A stretch of DNA of 63,312 bases, counting the filler, from Sphacelaria rigidula (lineage: Eukaryota): assembly GCA_964200075.2 (NCBI GenBank). It is 9 parts of 9 records of this genome, joined end to end, with 100 filler letters (N's around TTAATTAATTAA, not from the genome) between each part and the next. Parts side by side here need not be neighbours in the genome. Positions count along the whole stretch, not along the records: positions 49,323 to 56,267 come from CAXNAA020017272.1; positions 56,368 to 63,312 come from CAXNAA020017273.1; 7 more parts are not named here. One strand, written 5' to 3'. Position 1 is the stretch's first letter; every line of letters starts with the position of its first letter. Made by a program: the position numbers and the translations under genes. Below, piece by piece: positions 50,118 to 63,189 of the stretch. The notes under the pieces are model-generated. The model was not told where the DNA came from and ran no database searches. It saw only the letters and a program-made list of their open reading frames with translations.

Positions 50118-50615
50118 GTGAGGACGCAACGACAGGGTCAACGTTGTATCAGCTGCGAAGGTGAAGGCCCGGTGCTTGGAAATTTTGAAGGCCGGAGCCC
50201 TATCCCACTTTACTATACCGCCGGGAAATCACGCATTGATTCACGTGGGGAGAACTGTACATGCAAAATCAACAGTTGTTGTGTGCACCGTACATCATCC
50301 GACACTGAAGAACAGCCGGCGTTGTCACCGCCAACTGCCGTGGCTAGATCTTTTGCACTCGATGAAGTGTCGATGTATGCGCCGCGGTAAAGTCGCTCTC
50401 GATGAAGTAGACATTTCGCGTATCAAAAGACTCAAGCTCCGCGAGCAACTCCACGCAACTGCATTCCCTCAAGTGTGACAACATGGCGACCTAGTTTTTC
50501 CCGTGCGCAGACTGATAACGAGCGCAGTAGAGTGTTTTATGTGGGTAAGTGATGTATCTTCGCGATGCTCTATTACCCAGGCGGCTCCCTTGATGCTTTG
50601 TTTCAAAATATGCAG

Positions 50616-50741
50616 TTAGACGACGCGCGAGAGGCAGACATGCTATCGGAGGCCGCCACAGTTGAGGCTGTTTGGGCAGTCGAACCAAGCTTTTTGGATG
50701 ATGTGCTTTCGAGAGCGATTGACATGTTCTGCGGAGAGCAG
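50616..50741 (+). CDS. Exon of the IQ+WW domain protein
   Basis: TGCAG|LDDAREADMLSEAA..AIDMFCGEQ|GTATGC; phase 0-0. Confidence 0.75.
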
Positions 50742-51038
50742 GTATGCTTGTACGCGAAAAAAAAAAAAGTTTAAAGCACGAAAAAGTACGGGTTGTATCC
50801 CTTGACTTGCATGTTTGCGTAGTCGAATGTTCGAACATCAACCATCATCCATACTGTCGTTTTCGTTCCCCCGAGCGCACTGATCTATCTGCGTGTCGCG
50901 CGCATGACAACACACCTACGTAGAACTTACAGTGTTCTGTGTTCACACAGCGGTGGCAGCAGCAGCAGCAGCAGCAGCCGCAGCACTTGCAATATATGAG
51001 ATGAAACACCGACACAAAACACCGACACAAAATAACAG

Positions 51039-51392
51039 GAGGAGTTGAACCTTATGGCAGAAGAAGACGACTGGGTGCCACCCGAACTTCGTTCGCCGGA
51101 AAAGCTGTGCATACCCAGACACGACGACACCAAGGCCGACGCAATAGACCTGACTATTGACTTTATGGCGATTTCCGGAGGAGAAGAGGGCGCCGCGGCA
51201 GCCGCCGGGACCATCCAGCGTTCCTGGCGGCAGCGACTAGCAAGAATTGAAGCCCGAAGCCGGTTGGCCAAGACATTTGTCAAGCGCCCGATCCCCGGGG
51301 GCGGGGTGTACTACGAGAACACCATGACAGGGATGTCTCAGTGGGAGCGACCTTTGATGGCGTATCGGTTGTTTCCAAACAGTGCTTGGTGA
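51039..51392 (+). CDS. Terminal exon with an IQ motif and a WW domain
   Basis: AACAG|EELNL..AAGTIQRSWRQRLAR (IQ)..GGVYYENTMTGMSQWERP (WW)..NSAW*. Confidence 0.85.
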   Translation, partial: EELNLMAEEDDWVPPELRSPEKLCIPRHDDTKADAIDLTIDFMAISGGEEGAAAAAGTIQRSWRQRLARIEARSRLAKTFVKRPIPGGGVYYENTMTGMSQWERPLMAYRLFPNSAW

Positions 51393-51419
51393 AGTGAAGG
51401 TGTCGTCGTCGTTTTTCAT

Positions 51420-51466
<47 letters not shown>

Positions 51467-52699
51467 TCCGATGATCCGTGTGGTGGCGTAGATAGCATGG
51501 TTTCTGTTCACTGGCAGTTTGAGCGCCGTTGTGTGATCGGGAAAGAATTGCTGGCCTCTTTCTCGGTTGAAGAAACATTGTCATCGCACATACTGCATAC
51601 GTGCAGCAACGACATACCGTGGAGAGCCATGTACAATAGGTGGTGCGTGGATCAGGTTTGGCTTCCATGCTCTCTGTACTTGCGCGCCTTCAGTCGCGCT
51701 AGGAATATTCCCTCCCATCCCCGGCAAATATCCGTTGCTACATACCGGCAGGCGTTATTATGTGCTTGCCTCCCTGTATTTTCTCGCCCATCGTTTTTTT
51801 TTCGTTGAGTCCCTTATCTATCCTTGAGTTTCCTCCGTAACGAGTGTTCCCTCATCGGTTGCCTTGGTGACGTCGATATTAAGATTGAGTTACGAGCGAG
51901 CACGGCTAGACTCGTAGCGGGTCAGTCAAAATGTGAGATAATGAATCAATCGATGTCTGATGGTCAATGTGTGCAATCGACGATTCTCGGTGACGGGCGC
52001 CGGGATAAGTCAAGATTATGCTTCGACAATATCGCGGGAGATTCGTGTGCCCCTCCTCCTCTTCTTCCAACTAACTGATGAAGGCTGGAGTACTCCCTCC
52101 AGCCCTGACATATGTCGTAAACTATTAGTTACATGGCAGCGTTCACTTTAGCGAGAGCGTTAGTTCATGACAGGCACGAGACGTCACAATGCTCAAAAGT
52201 CGGCGTTTCGATTTCTACCCGGACAGATGGATTGTGTGATAGTTTCACAAACCCTTCCGAGATCTCTGTCTCTAGCCAATTCGAAGAAACTTCATGCGGC
52301 GTTATTTCCAGACTCATCGTGCACTCCCTCACCTTTGCTCACTCCTCGAGCCATCTACAACCTACTGCGCTGATACCGGCTTGGTATCCCGCGAGTGAGA
52401 CTATCGAACGAGAGACATCACAGCTTCTTACAACGTGCGCCTGCTGTTCTTGTATACCGACAAGTATGGAATGGTCTACTTCCGGGCGAAATTGTTTGTC
52501 TAGGAAAGGCAGAGAGGTATGTTATGTCACCGCATTGGCATCCGCAAGGCTGTACTGTCATCTGGTTCACCTAAAATAGCTCCCGTCGCTTGATAGGGCT
52601 GTGGCGACATTGATACCGCAACATACAGTGTACGTTGCACAACACATTCGATATCGGCATATATAGATACGGATAAATAATCGCATATGTCGCCACTAC

Positions 52700-52998
52700 T
52701 TCCCCCCCGTCACTTCCGGCCCTTCTCCTTGCTCGGGATAAGTCAGTGGTTTCAAGCGACGAACTAATCCCTGCCCCGGTACACGTCTCGCAATGTGGGA
52801 TATCGCGGCTTGCATCAGCATTCCCGCACCGCGCGGACTCTCGTCGAATAAATTTTGCTTACTACTCACACTCTCACACTTACAACGACGGGAATCACGC
52901 ACTTCCCGAACAAATCCCGAGCGCATCCTGCGGGATTCGAACCCGCATCTTCCCGGCCTAAATAAAGTAAGTTGTACCAGGTAGACTCCCCGGGACGC
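52700..52998 (-). mobile_element. tRNA-derived SINE candidate
   Basis: Minus-strand B-box GGTTCGAATCCC at 52932-52943, near the putative 5' end. No complete cloverleaf; boundaries are approximate. Confidence 0.5.
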
Positions 52999-53039
52999 AA
53001 CGGCACTGGTATCCACGCTCGATTCATGAACCCGTGGAT

Positions 53040-53980
53040 CAATACTGCATTGCTTGATCGATTGAATGCCATCATCCACATTAACTGATCCCCGAGAGAT
53101 CCGCCCGCGGTGACAACGTAGACGTGCCCAAGGGCAACAAAACGGACACACCGGCTAAAGGAAACTCGACAAAGGGAGAGGGGCACAAAGGTAAGAGAAA
53201 AAAAATGGGGAGCAAAAGATGGAGTAAAGTGAGCAAAAACGAGAGACAAAACACTGAAACATACGAAGAAAAATATAGAAAGAGAAACCGTGGCGGGAAA
53301 GGGGAATAAGAATGCAGCCTGCCTGCCTGTCTGTCTCGACAAAACATTGAAAAAAACGACAGTAATAAAATATCAAAAAAGAGAAAGGAAGAAATGAAGC
53401 ACACGAAGGTCACGCAGAACATGAGTACGGACGCAGCTGGGAACATCGCGAAAGTTGCAGGCCAACATAATACGTTAGTAGCCCCCATAAGATGAGACAG
53501 GAGTACCTCAGTTTCTTGTTACCCCCGTCCCTCCTACTCAACCCTAGCTGGGTGAAAAGTGAGTCAACTTCTCGACTATTTCCACCCTAAATTCCTCGCG
53601 AGCTGATACTCTCGTAGCTGTGTCAGCGATAGCGGCCCTCATGTCGGTGGTTCTCAATGCAACAACTTCTTGTGCGTAGAGTGTATCTGATTGGCGTAGA
53701 TCTTCATGTCGACACGGCTCCTCGAAATCCTCCGTCCCTTTCTCGACCCCGCCACATGCCATTTTCCCACAGGCTTTGAGCTCCACACCGTAGAGAGATC
53801 ACTCATTTTCTGCGCTCTCTGCTACGTGGGGCAGTCCCTAGCGCACATTCTCCTGGAGGTGCCTCTCCCAGTGATCGGTAGGCCGGCCGACCTCCTTGAG
53901 CCCTTGTGTCGCCCACCATCCAAACATGATGCGCGTCGGGAAAATGCGTTTCGCTCTACCGGGCGATGCTTCCGCGAAAC
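53040..53980 (-). mobile_element. RTE-like LINE remnant (ORF C-terminus, T-rich 3' UTR, tail)
   Basis: PTRIMFG..GRP..W...LQEN..GVEKG..DLRQS with an internal stop, followed by the shared 3' end also seen at 13860 and 38250. Confidence 0.6.
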
Positions 53981-56538
53981 AGAGTTGACTTTTGCGGATA
54001 AAGGTCTCGATTTTGTTCGCACACACACATACATATAGGTCAATGAAAGTAGAACGACCGCACAGTGCACGCACAGCACGAGGATCCGGACAACAAAGAG
54101 GTGAGCACCGACAACCTCTACTAGATTACTAAAACCCTCAGTGAAACGGAATAGACAATACTTTCAGGTTACCTGTAAATTCTGTCCTTTCTGTGTCACG
54201 CGGCAATTGAATGCCATTTATATTGTACTCATAATATGTATATATATATATATATATATGTGCTGTAGAAAAACTCTTCTGTAACAAGTACCTCGCTCTT
54301 TCCCGTCAATTGCCGACCCGCGCCGTTGTCTGGACATCACACCACTAACTTCAATCCGTGAGTATGCGCACATGGCATATCAATTGCACGCGGAACAGTT
54401 GTGTAAAATCCGCTGTAAAACCGGTTCGGCAATACTCACAGGTTTCCTGGCAAGCCCGTTAATATTTGGTTAACTCAGATATGGTCAACACGGACAAAGG
54501 GGGGCATTAACGTCAACCTTTGCTACCAGGTGACCCCGATCGTTCTTAGAAACAATAGATGGGCAATAGTACCTGGCAATAATACTTGGCAGCGTACCTC
54601 GAAGTAATTGTGTAAACAAGATCGTAAGTTTTTTGTTAGATCCTTGACCATACATCTTGACCGGAACGGTGAATTGTTCAGTCAAGACACCCTCAACAAA
54701 GGTCGAAGCCCTTGCTCGTGCGTCTCGCCAAGCTATCGAGTTCCATCATGTATGTGCTCATGGTGGGCAAGTGGAGAAAAAGGCACTGCTTTCGTCAAAC
54801 GGCCTATTTTGAAGACACTGCTGTAATGTTGCCCGATGTTTTCAGGTCGACGAACTACACAGGGTACATTATTGCGATGAGTAGACCTTCAACCTTTGTT
54901 TGGGGTGCATCGGCCGTACTGCCCATCATTCAAGCCAAAAAAATGTAGACTTTTCGAGTAGAAAATGGTATAGAATCTGAAAGGTTACGATGTAGATTAC
55001 ACGAATATTATAGTGTAACTTACAGGTTACCTGGGGATTATGAGTATATATAGTCCCGGACGCTACCTAAATGATTATGATGGTATTCTGTGTACATATT
55101 TGAACGCTGATCGGAGATATACCAAGTTGCGGGACGCACGACTCTGTACAGTAGTACAACATATGTTTATATATACACACTCACACTTTCACGCTACGAG
55201 AGTCGCTCAACGACAGATAGATCGGGGTTAAAACCGCCATTTCCTCCAGAAAGCGGGACTAGAGGCATTTTCACCAATGCCCGTCGTGGACAAAGACAAA
55301 AACGCAGACACATTGTTTACAACAACATTTTCGTCCTTCCTTCCGACAAACATATCTGCTCTTGTGAGCTTATCTCATCGAACAATCGCGACATACCACT
55401 GTGAGAAATGCGATAGGCGGACAAACGCGCCGTGGGGGGTGATGCTGTAACATCCCCCCGCACCGCTATCGGTGCACGACTCTCACGAAGCAGAAGAACA
55501 GATCATCTTCGGAAATATTTGGAACATTAAGATGAGGTTCAATTCCAAAACACTGCCTTCCCTGCACTAAAGTTATGACAAATTATTTTAATATGGACGA
55601 CCTCGTGTCCCCCGACCTCCTTGAACCTATTTTGGGGTTTCCGACTTCCGTTCCCCAAAGGGTATGTGCGCAAGCACTTACTTTTTGCCTCGACTTCGGG
55701 GTGAAAACAGGGACGCTTTTCAGCCCGACAATGGTGCCTTCGCTCATATTCTTTGGGGAGCGGAAGACGGGAAACCCCCTAAAATGGTTTCAGGGAGGTC
55801 AGGGGACATGAGGTCGTTCACATAAAAGGCATTTGTCATGACTGTGGGTCAGGAGAAGCACTGTTGTGAAGTTAAAGAGTGATGCCGCGACACCCTCACC
55901 CCAGACCAGCCCCAAACCTGTCACGAGGAAAATGACCAGAATATAGCGCATGATAGCTGGCTCCGGACCGCACGAAGCGCCTCCTATGGATGACATTGGC
56001 GAAAACGATCACAAACGTCGGGATTCCCAGCTACTCGGTGTGCTCCACTTTTGTCATCTTGATTTACATGTAGGTTTTGCCGCCTTACACCGGCCACTTA
56101 CCTGGGGGGTGTACTCATGATCATGCATGCCATAAATCTAGTCATCAGACCATTGACCTCGCATCCCCATAAAGCCGGGACGGAGCACGCCGGGTTTTCG
56201 CCGGACCAGGCTCGCACTCAATCACCAAGCGCGAAGCGCCGTGGTGTGTTCGGCGAGTCGCATGAAGNNNNNNNNNNNNNNNNNNNNNNNNNNNNNNNNN
56301 NNNNNNNNNNNTTAATTAATTAANNNNNNNNNNNNNNNNNNNNNNNNNNNNNNNNNNNNNNNNNNNNCCAAACTCGCTAGTGCGGCAGAGCTAGACTCGA
56401 CTGACTGATAGTAGGCTTCTTGCCCGGCCCAGCTCGTACTGTCTGTAGTAAAGGTGTGCACATGCCTGTGTGTGTGCGTGTGCGTATTTTGAGAAAGTAC
56501 AGTCGTTCTCGATAAAGGTGCACTACGCAGTAATCCTA

Positions 56539-57128
56539 CTTCCTCTGTCCCATAAATCTGGTCGGTTATGGGCGTTTTTTGTTTGGGTGGAACGGTGCTG
56601 ACGATTACCCCGTAGTTGGGTTTTGTAGAGGGATAAAACGCAGACGCAGCGGATTAAAAAAAAAGGTCGTTTCACTACTAAAATTAGGTCATAATATACC
56701 CCATTTTGGTCATTTTTGGTCATTTTTATGACCAAACACTCCGAAAGATGGGCGATAGCGACTTTAGTGTGGAGCATACCGGGGTGAGGGTACGGCAGAG
56801 GGCGGGGACGTTGGAAAGGGTGGTCAAATACGATGCGGATGCCTTTAAAAGGGCTTGGGACTTCCTGGCTGAGGCCGAGGACGGTTAATAAAACGTTTTT
56901 TTTTCCAAAACTTTTTTGCCCCTGGGAAAGGGGCGAAATACGGCCATTTGTTGCCGACCGATTTTTTTGCGGCCGTTCGGCCGCATGGTTCAACAGCGTG
57001 CTGCATAAAAAAAATGTTGTTCTACCTAAAAAAACGGAGAAGAAATCGATAAAAACATCAAAACTCAGATCGGACAACGTTCAGGGCTCGTATAAACATA
57101 ACCGACCAGACTCATGGGACAGAGGAAG
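56539..57128 (+). mobile_element. Stowaway/mariner-like deletion derivative
   Basis: TA TSDs and ~32-bp TIRs CTTCCTCTGTCCCAT..CTGGTCGGTTATG. Internal remnant MGDSDFSVEHTGVRVRQRAGTLERVVKYD resembles a DD39D mariner C-terminus. Related subterminal sequence at 2550-2757, 3200-3410 and 7590-7895. Confidence 0.75.
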
Positions 57129-57140
57129 TATTAATACCTA

Positions 57141-57409
57141 CGTGGAGGCGAACGGGGGAACAGAGACACCTGTCGACCTGGCTAGAGATGGCGTGGAAGC
57201 GCGGAAGTGGGCCACTCGTGCAGCCGCCACGAGGACTTCGACAAATTGGCCACCCAACGGTAGTGTTCCTTCGCGAGCTAACGCAAACTTCACGCTGGGT
57301 GGTCATTTTGTCATGTCCTCGTAGCGGCTGCTTGAGCAGCCAACTCCTGCCCTTTCGCGTCATCATCAGCCAGGTCGGCTGGTGTCTCGGCTCCCCCGTT
57401 GGCCTCCAA
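57141..57409. repeat. Diverged inverted duplication
   Basis: Arms at ~57141-57260 and ~57290-57409. Confidence 0.75.
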
Positions 57410-58040
57410 GTCTTCCTCGTAGTCTGGGGTCACCGTCGTGAATGGGCTGCCATCACCAGCACTGTCACGGGCGGTCACGGCATCCGCCATCGCCCCACTT
57501 AAGATATTTGTCCTACGGCTGTGTTCTGTAACCTTGGTCCTTATGGGGCAGGGTGTCTAGCACCAACGCTTTGGGGTGTTCAGCGACTCGGGGTTTATTT
57601 GAAATTTTTCAAATGAATCCTGAGCTGCAGCGCACGTCTTTTCTAGGGTTTAGTTTTCGGAGTGTACCTGAGGGAATTCGTCATACCCTGACCTTGAACC
57701 CCAACTTCTAGACCCTATTTTTGACTCTGAGTTTTTCCGGCTGTTTTTCTGTTTCCAAAACTCTCTAATTAAACGTTACATTCGAACGTTAAACGTTTCA
57801 ACGTAACGTTATATAGAACGTTACACGTTACATGAAACCTTTCATGTTACGTTACATATAACGAAACGTAACACTACTTTTTTACGAGATGAAGGTAACG
57901 TGAACGTAACGTGAAATTTCCAGTTAAAGCGTTGACGTAATATATATATTAACGTGACATGTGTAACGTAACGTGAGCGTTGATATTTTTTTGCGCGATG
58001 AACGTAACGTGAACTTGAACGTGTGACGTGCGTATCCCTG

Positions 58041-58594
58041 GTTATTCTGAAGTCAGCACAGCAGCATATATACTAACAAAGAGTGTGTTGAGCGCAACTG
58101 GACACAGGCAGCACTTGTCGCGTGACACCGTCCCATTTCGGACTTCCCCAGGAAGAGCTTTCGTGGAATCCTCGTTCAGCGCACACGCCCCAGCACCTCA
58201 GCGCTCAAGACATACACTCTACATCCCGATTAACTAGCGGCGACACATGGACGGCAACGGATCTTCGAGTGGCCAAGAGCCGGGTGCTCACGTGGCATTG
58301 CCCGGTGTCAAAAGCGAACGGGGCGCTGATATGCGCAGTCCTGGCGGCGGTGCTTTCGGGCCGGCCGTGTCTGCTCAGCCTCAAAGGGAAGGGACCCGCT
58401 AGTTAATCGTGGTGTAGAGTGGATGTCTTGAGCGCTGAGGTGCTGGCGCGTGTGCGCTGAACGAGGATTCCGGGAAAGCTCTTCCGGGGCAAGTCCGAAA
58501 TGGGACGTGTCACGCGATTAGTGCTGTCTGTGTCCAGTTGCGCTCAACAAAGTCTTTGTTAGTGTATATGCTACTGAGCTGACTTCAAAATAAC
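58041..58594. mobile_element. Foldback element with ~200-bp arms
   Basis: 58041-58240 pairs with 58396-58594 at high identity. Confidence 0.85.
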
Positions 58595-58908
58595 ACCGCC
58601 GTCACACCAATCGTCCACATGTTGATTTCCCACGTTCTCGACGTGTGCTGCAGTGTTTGCGTGAACAGCGAGGTGGATGGTGTGGTGTGTTGTCGGGAGG
58701 ACGGTTACACGTTATACGTTACGCCTGTTGGCCAATAGCATTTACTATTAAAAGACCGAACCGAGAGAAACGCAATCATCGGACTTTCGACTGACTTTGG
58801 ACTTTGGGGGAATAATAAAGTCCAAGTCCTGACCCGAATTTGGTTAGGCTTTTGCTCTTTATGCGCGCATATAATTTCGCATGAAACGGGATTCTGCGCA
58901 GAAGTATA

Positions 58909-59522
58909 CGAGCTGGGCCGGCCAACAATTGGTGGTTTTCTAGCTCAGGCGACGCACGGCGTACAATGAGGAGTTGGAAGCTGAAATTTTGACAGCAGCT
59001 TTTTATTATCGAAATGAAGGATATCACGTGAGCAGCAAAGAAGAAAAGAGAAAAAAAAAATCATGGGGATTTGAAATTTCAGCAAAAGCAAGATAATGTC
59101 ATAAGTCCAGGAAAAAATGATAGTCAGCAGCTACTCACGGGACTTATCATTTCGTTGGGTGCAGAAGGTCTTCGTAATTTTTCAGCTCAAGAGTCGTCGA
59201 GTTGAGCCGTGCGTGCAACGTTTTACGTGACGCTGCTGCACCTCACGAATACTCAGTGCGGGGTGAGTGCTGGCGTGAACCCACCGCATTGAAGAAAAGA
59301 AAAGCTCGGACACGCTATTGCCCAACGATATGAGGCGGACCCCGTACTCTATGCAGCACAATACCGTCATCGGCAATACGACGCCAATCGAACAGCGACG
59401 CAGTCCTTTGTTATCTGGTGGGTCTGCAGTTCACAGTGATAGGCTCACATCGTGTTCATTCGGGAAACTGGGAAAGCTGTGGTGTGAGCAACTTTTAGCC
59501 GCTTTTCAGCTGGCCCAGCTCG
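58909..59522. mobile_element. Tc1/mariner-like MITE
   Basis: TA-CGAGCTGGGCC ... GGCCCAGCTCG-TA. The same terminus occurs at ~43970 and ~56426. Confidence 0.6.
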
Positions 59523-60851
59523 TATGCGTTTTTCTCTAAACAAATGTTTTTGCAGATTTCAGCGTAACAAAGGCATAAAAGCTAAGTTTTACGCATAACT
59601 TGACGCTTATAGTACTCCCACGGGGTTATACACCCCATGTTCAGCAGCTAGTAGCTGCCCACGGGTGTTCCATGTGGCGTAGTTCGTGGAGTCGTGGCGT
59701 TCGTGTTCATAATTTGTTATTTTGAACTTTGTTGCGGGTCTGATATCGGGAATGGTCCTGTATGTGAGTTACTTCATGTTTATGTGAAACTGATGAAAAT
59801 AAAATGTGTCATATTTCACATCAAACAGCGGCTCCAGCCAGAACGTCACACACCAAACAGTCCAATCGACAGCTGCACAGTGTACAGCGCACAGTGCACC
59901 GACAGTATAGCAGTGTGCACTAGACCACTACGGCAGAGCAGAAAGAGGTGGAGGTGACCGAGGTGCGGAATTCCGCGCCCCAACGGTGCGACGCGATGGA
60001 GACCGCTGAGGAGCAGAGGGCGAGAGAAAAGGCGCAGATATTTTTTCAACATTTTATTTTCATTGTTATTTCTTATCATGGCCTTCAAAAACAATGAAAG
60101 GAGAAAAAACGGGCGATCCTATCTTCCAAGCAATCGTGAAATCTCGAATTGTTCAGCGTGCCGTGTTATTTTCTTGCTGGAAGGTACGTTCGATGGGCAG
60201 GAACCGCCTCAAAAAAGACACGAAAAACGCGCATAAGTCGCGCATATGTCACCAAAGCACGCATAAATCGGCTCACAATGTTCACTTTTGAACAAAAGAA
60301 AAAGGAAAATGCGCATAAAAAAAATGCGCATAAAAAACAAGAGTCTAAATTTGGTCTGCGCAAACACCGTACAGGCTGAGCCGGCCAAGACGCGCAATTG
60401 TGGTTTGCAGATCCCGTCTCACCTCAACTTTGCGAGTAAAACTTCGAAATTTAGTAGGGAGGGAGGAAGAAAAGGGTATGCTAAAACGCTGTCGCTCGGG
60501 ACGCAAAGTCTTTTTTTTCGTGAGTTAAGGGCAACAATCAGTATCTAGATATCATGTACTGTACTGATGTAGTGTCCTGCACTGTATTATCCTAGGGTAC
60601 CAAGGTACGACACTGTACTCGAAAGATTGTTTACCGCCTGCCTGCTCTTCGGCTTCATGCACGAGTATGCAGTACCGTACTAATGCAGAAAATGACCGCC
60701 TGTGTACAGAACCGTTCCAAATCTGTGATACTGTACTGTCTGTGCCATAAAACGGTCCCCCCGATTTTGAGTTCACGAATTTGAGTCCCCCCGATTTTTT
60801 TTAATCGGGATCCCGAAAAATCGAGATTCGTTTGCCATGAAAGTGGGTCCA

Positions 60852-61234
60852 AGGCTGGATGTTATCGCAAACAGATTTTTGGCCCACAGATTGTTCACTT
60901 TTGGGACGTTTGACCCACCTTTTGACCCCCAAACAGGAAAAACCGCCAACACACGTGTCGGAAACTTCGCATCACCCCACAGAGAAGAGCCTAGTCTGCT
61001 TTTCAGATTCGCTTGGCTCCGAGGTATCGAGATTAGCCGCTGAGACAAAATTCGTGCGCAAAAATCTGTGCTTGCCGATCCCCGCCATTTTGCCAGGCTC
61101 CTCTCTGTGGGGTGACGCAAAGTGTCGAGACGTGTGTTGGCGGTTTTTCCTGTTTGGGGGTCAAAAGGTCGATCAAACGTCCCAAAAGTGAACAATCTGT
61201 GGGCCAAAAATCTGTGTTCCAAAACATCCGGCCT
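60852..61234. repeat. Foldback element related to 37581-38079
   Basis: Near-perfect ~140-bp arms at 60852-60993 and 61094-61234. Confidence 0.88.
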
Positions 61235-63189
61235 AACTCGCAAAATTAAGGTGAGACGGCGGGGCGATTTAGAAACCGGGCCGGGCGAATTTCGGAACAA
61301 TATTTTCTAGGCCATTTACCGGCCCAGGCTTGGTACTTGTGCCTTGAACTCTTGTGTGGGACCTCGCTGGGCCGTAACCGACCAAGAAAAAGTAGGAAAA
61401 TTTTATATAAATATATATATATATATATATTTGCTTGGTTTTAGGACGCTTTAGTATAGTGATGAAGACCATATTTTCACAAGAAGGCCCGCACCTCTCT
61501 CCCCCCCAAAAATCAAGAGCCCCCTTTTTTTTTCGGTATGCCTTCGCAATTCTTCATGATAAGTTTCAAATCTCATCTCAGCGAAGTACAATGTTGCCAC
61601 ACGATCATCACAGACTCTCTATTCATCGACGTGTGGAACATGATGAAAAGTCTCGAAGGTTGTCCTCGAGATGCTGCTTTTCGATTATTGTCTTTCACGT
61701 GCATCCAGCCAGGAAGGCGGCGGGGGTGGGCAGGTCGTGGTTCAATCATGTTGCGCTGCCGCTGAAGGACAACATGAACAACAGTTGCACCTACTATTAC
61801 CAGCCCAGTGAACAATGGCATCATAACACGCATCATCCCCTTATATCAGGTATTACAAGAATTGCTTCCCTCGCCCAAACCCCCTCGGCGCTAGACCCCC
61901 AAAACCTACTTGAACAGAGGTCGACATCGCCCGGCATGCGTTGGTTGACCATTTCGTCTGCCGTTGTTGTAGGTTCTCCCTGGAAATCGTGTGCTGCTAC
62001 TTGAACCTCCGTCCGGAAGGTGCTCTGCACTCTGTCCAATAGTCAATCGCGACAGGTGAATGGGTGTAACGTAGGACCATGCCACCCCAGGGAGCAGGAG
62101 GAGGAGTAATTCGGATCGGTGCATATTTCTGAGCGCAGTGCAACATTGTGAACAAGGGCTCTTTGCACGACTAAGTTGAGACCAGGCATTTACATGAGTT
62201 TAATTCATGCGCATAACCTACGAAACGCGTTACACATCAATAGCAGCGTGTGACTGCTGGTGGTATCGTCGGGACGAAATATACTTCTCTTCACTGTTGC
62301 TGGATAGGCTATTCGATAGATGAGCCAATTAAAGCCGATTTTTCCTCTAGCTCACATGCACTCATTAGCTAATTAGTCCCCGATTTTCCAAACACGGTGC
62401 GCCACCTACTGGCCACCTGACAAATCTTGAATCTTGTACCCAACAACTGTTCTAAAAAAGTATGACATGTTGTTTACGCGCCTAATTTTAATTATTTCAA
62501 AAGGACACCCCATCGCATCCTGCTCGAAAGCGATCAAGATCACCTTCCCAAAAAAGGACTATGGGGAGGTGGACTTGCTCTGCGGTCTCCATAGCTAGTT
62601 ACTTATGGTGAGAAAAAATGCCGTGATATCCAGGGCTTTTTTGCCTAACTGGTTATGAGAATGGAGACTGGTTGCGAGAAATACACACACTTAAATCACA
62701 GCGAACGGGAACGTAGGGGTTTGTTTTTCACGCACTGAGCCCACAGTCCGGTGCCGCGTGAGATGCGCCGACTCGTTTGTTGAGCTTTAAGGTGATAGGT
62801 CGGATGTTACCGTACGGTATCGTGGCATGAAGGAGTGAAACTTCGAAGTTCCATAGCCGATTGTCACCGATCTTATGCTGCAGTCATTCGTTTCCCATAC
62901 CACAGCAGAGGCAGCAGCCAGCCTCTTGATCTTGTTCGGTTCCGAGTTGTATACAAAGAGCGGTACAGTATATATACCAGTAGAAGGGAATGCTCGGCCT
63001 AGGTTTCGGATCGGACACGCTCCGGTCAACACCTGCCCAAGCTTATCGGGGGAGAATCGTAGAGTATTTAGGGTTCTTGCCTTCCACATACACGGAATAT
63101 ACCACCGTGAAATCATATCTAATCCATTGCTTGAATCCGGGGCACATCGGCTCAGGACTTCAGGCCGCAAGTGCGCCACATGCAGTGTT

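Noticed and set aside
52920-53000. tRNA gene
   Set aside because: A B-box is present but no acceptor-stem or anticodon cloverleaf; treated as a SINE head.
54165-55033. Segment bounded by CAGGTTACCTG inverted motifs
   Set aside because: The motif is short and near-palindromic, with no TSD and no identifiable transposase.
62787-63179. 130-aa minus-strand ORF
   Set aside because: No recognisable motif or supporting splice structure.
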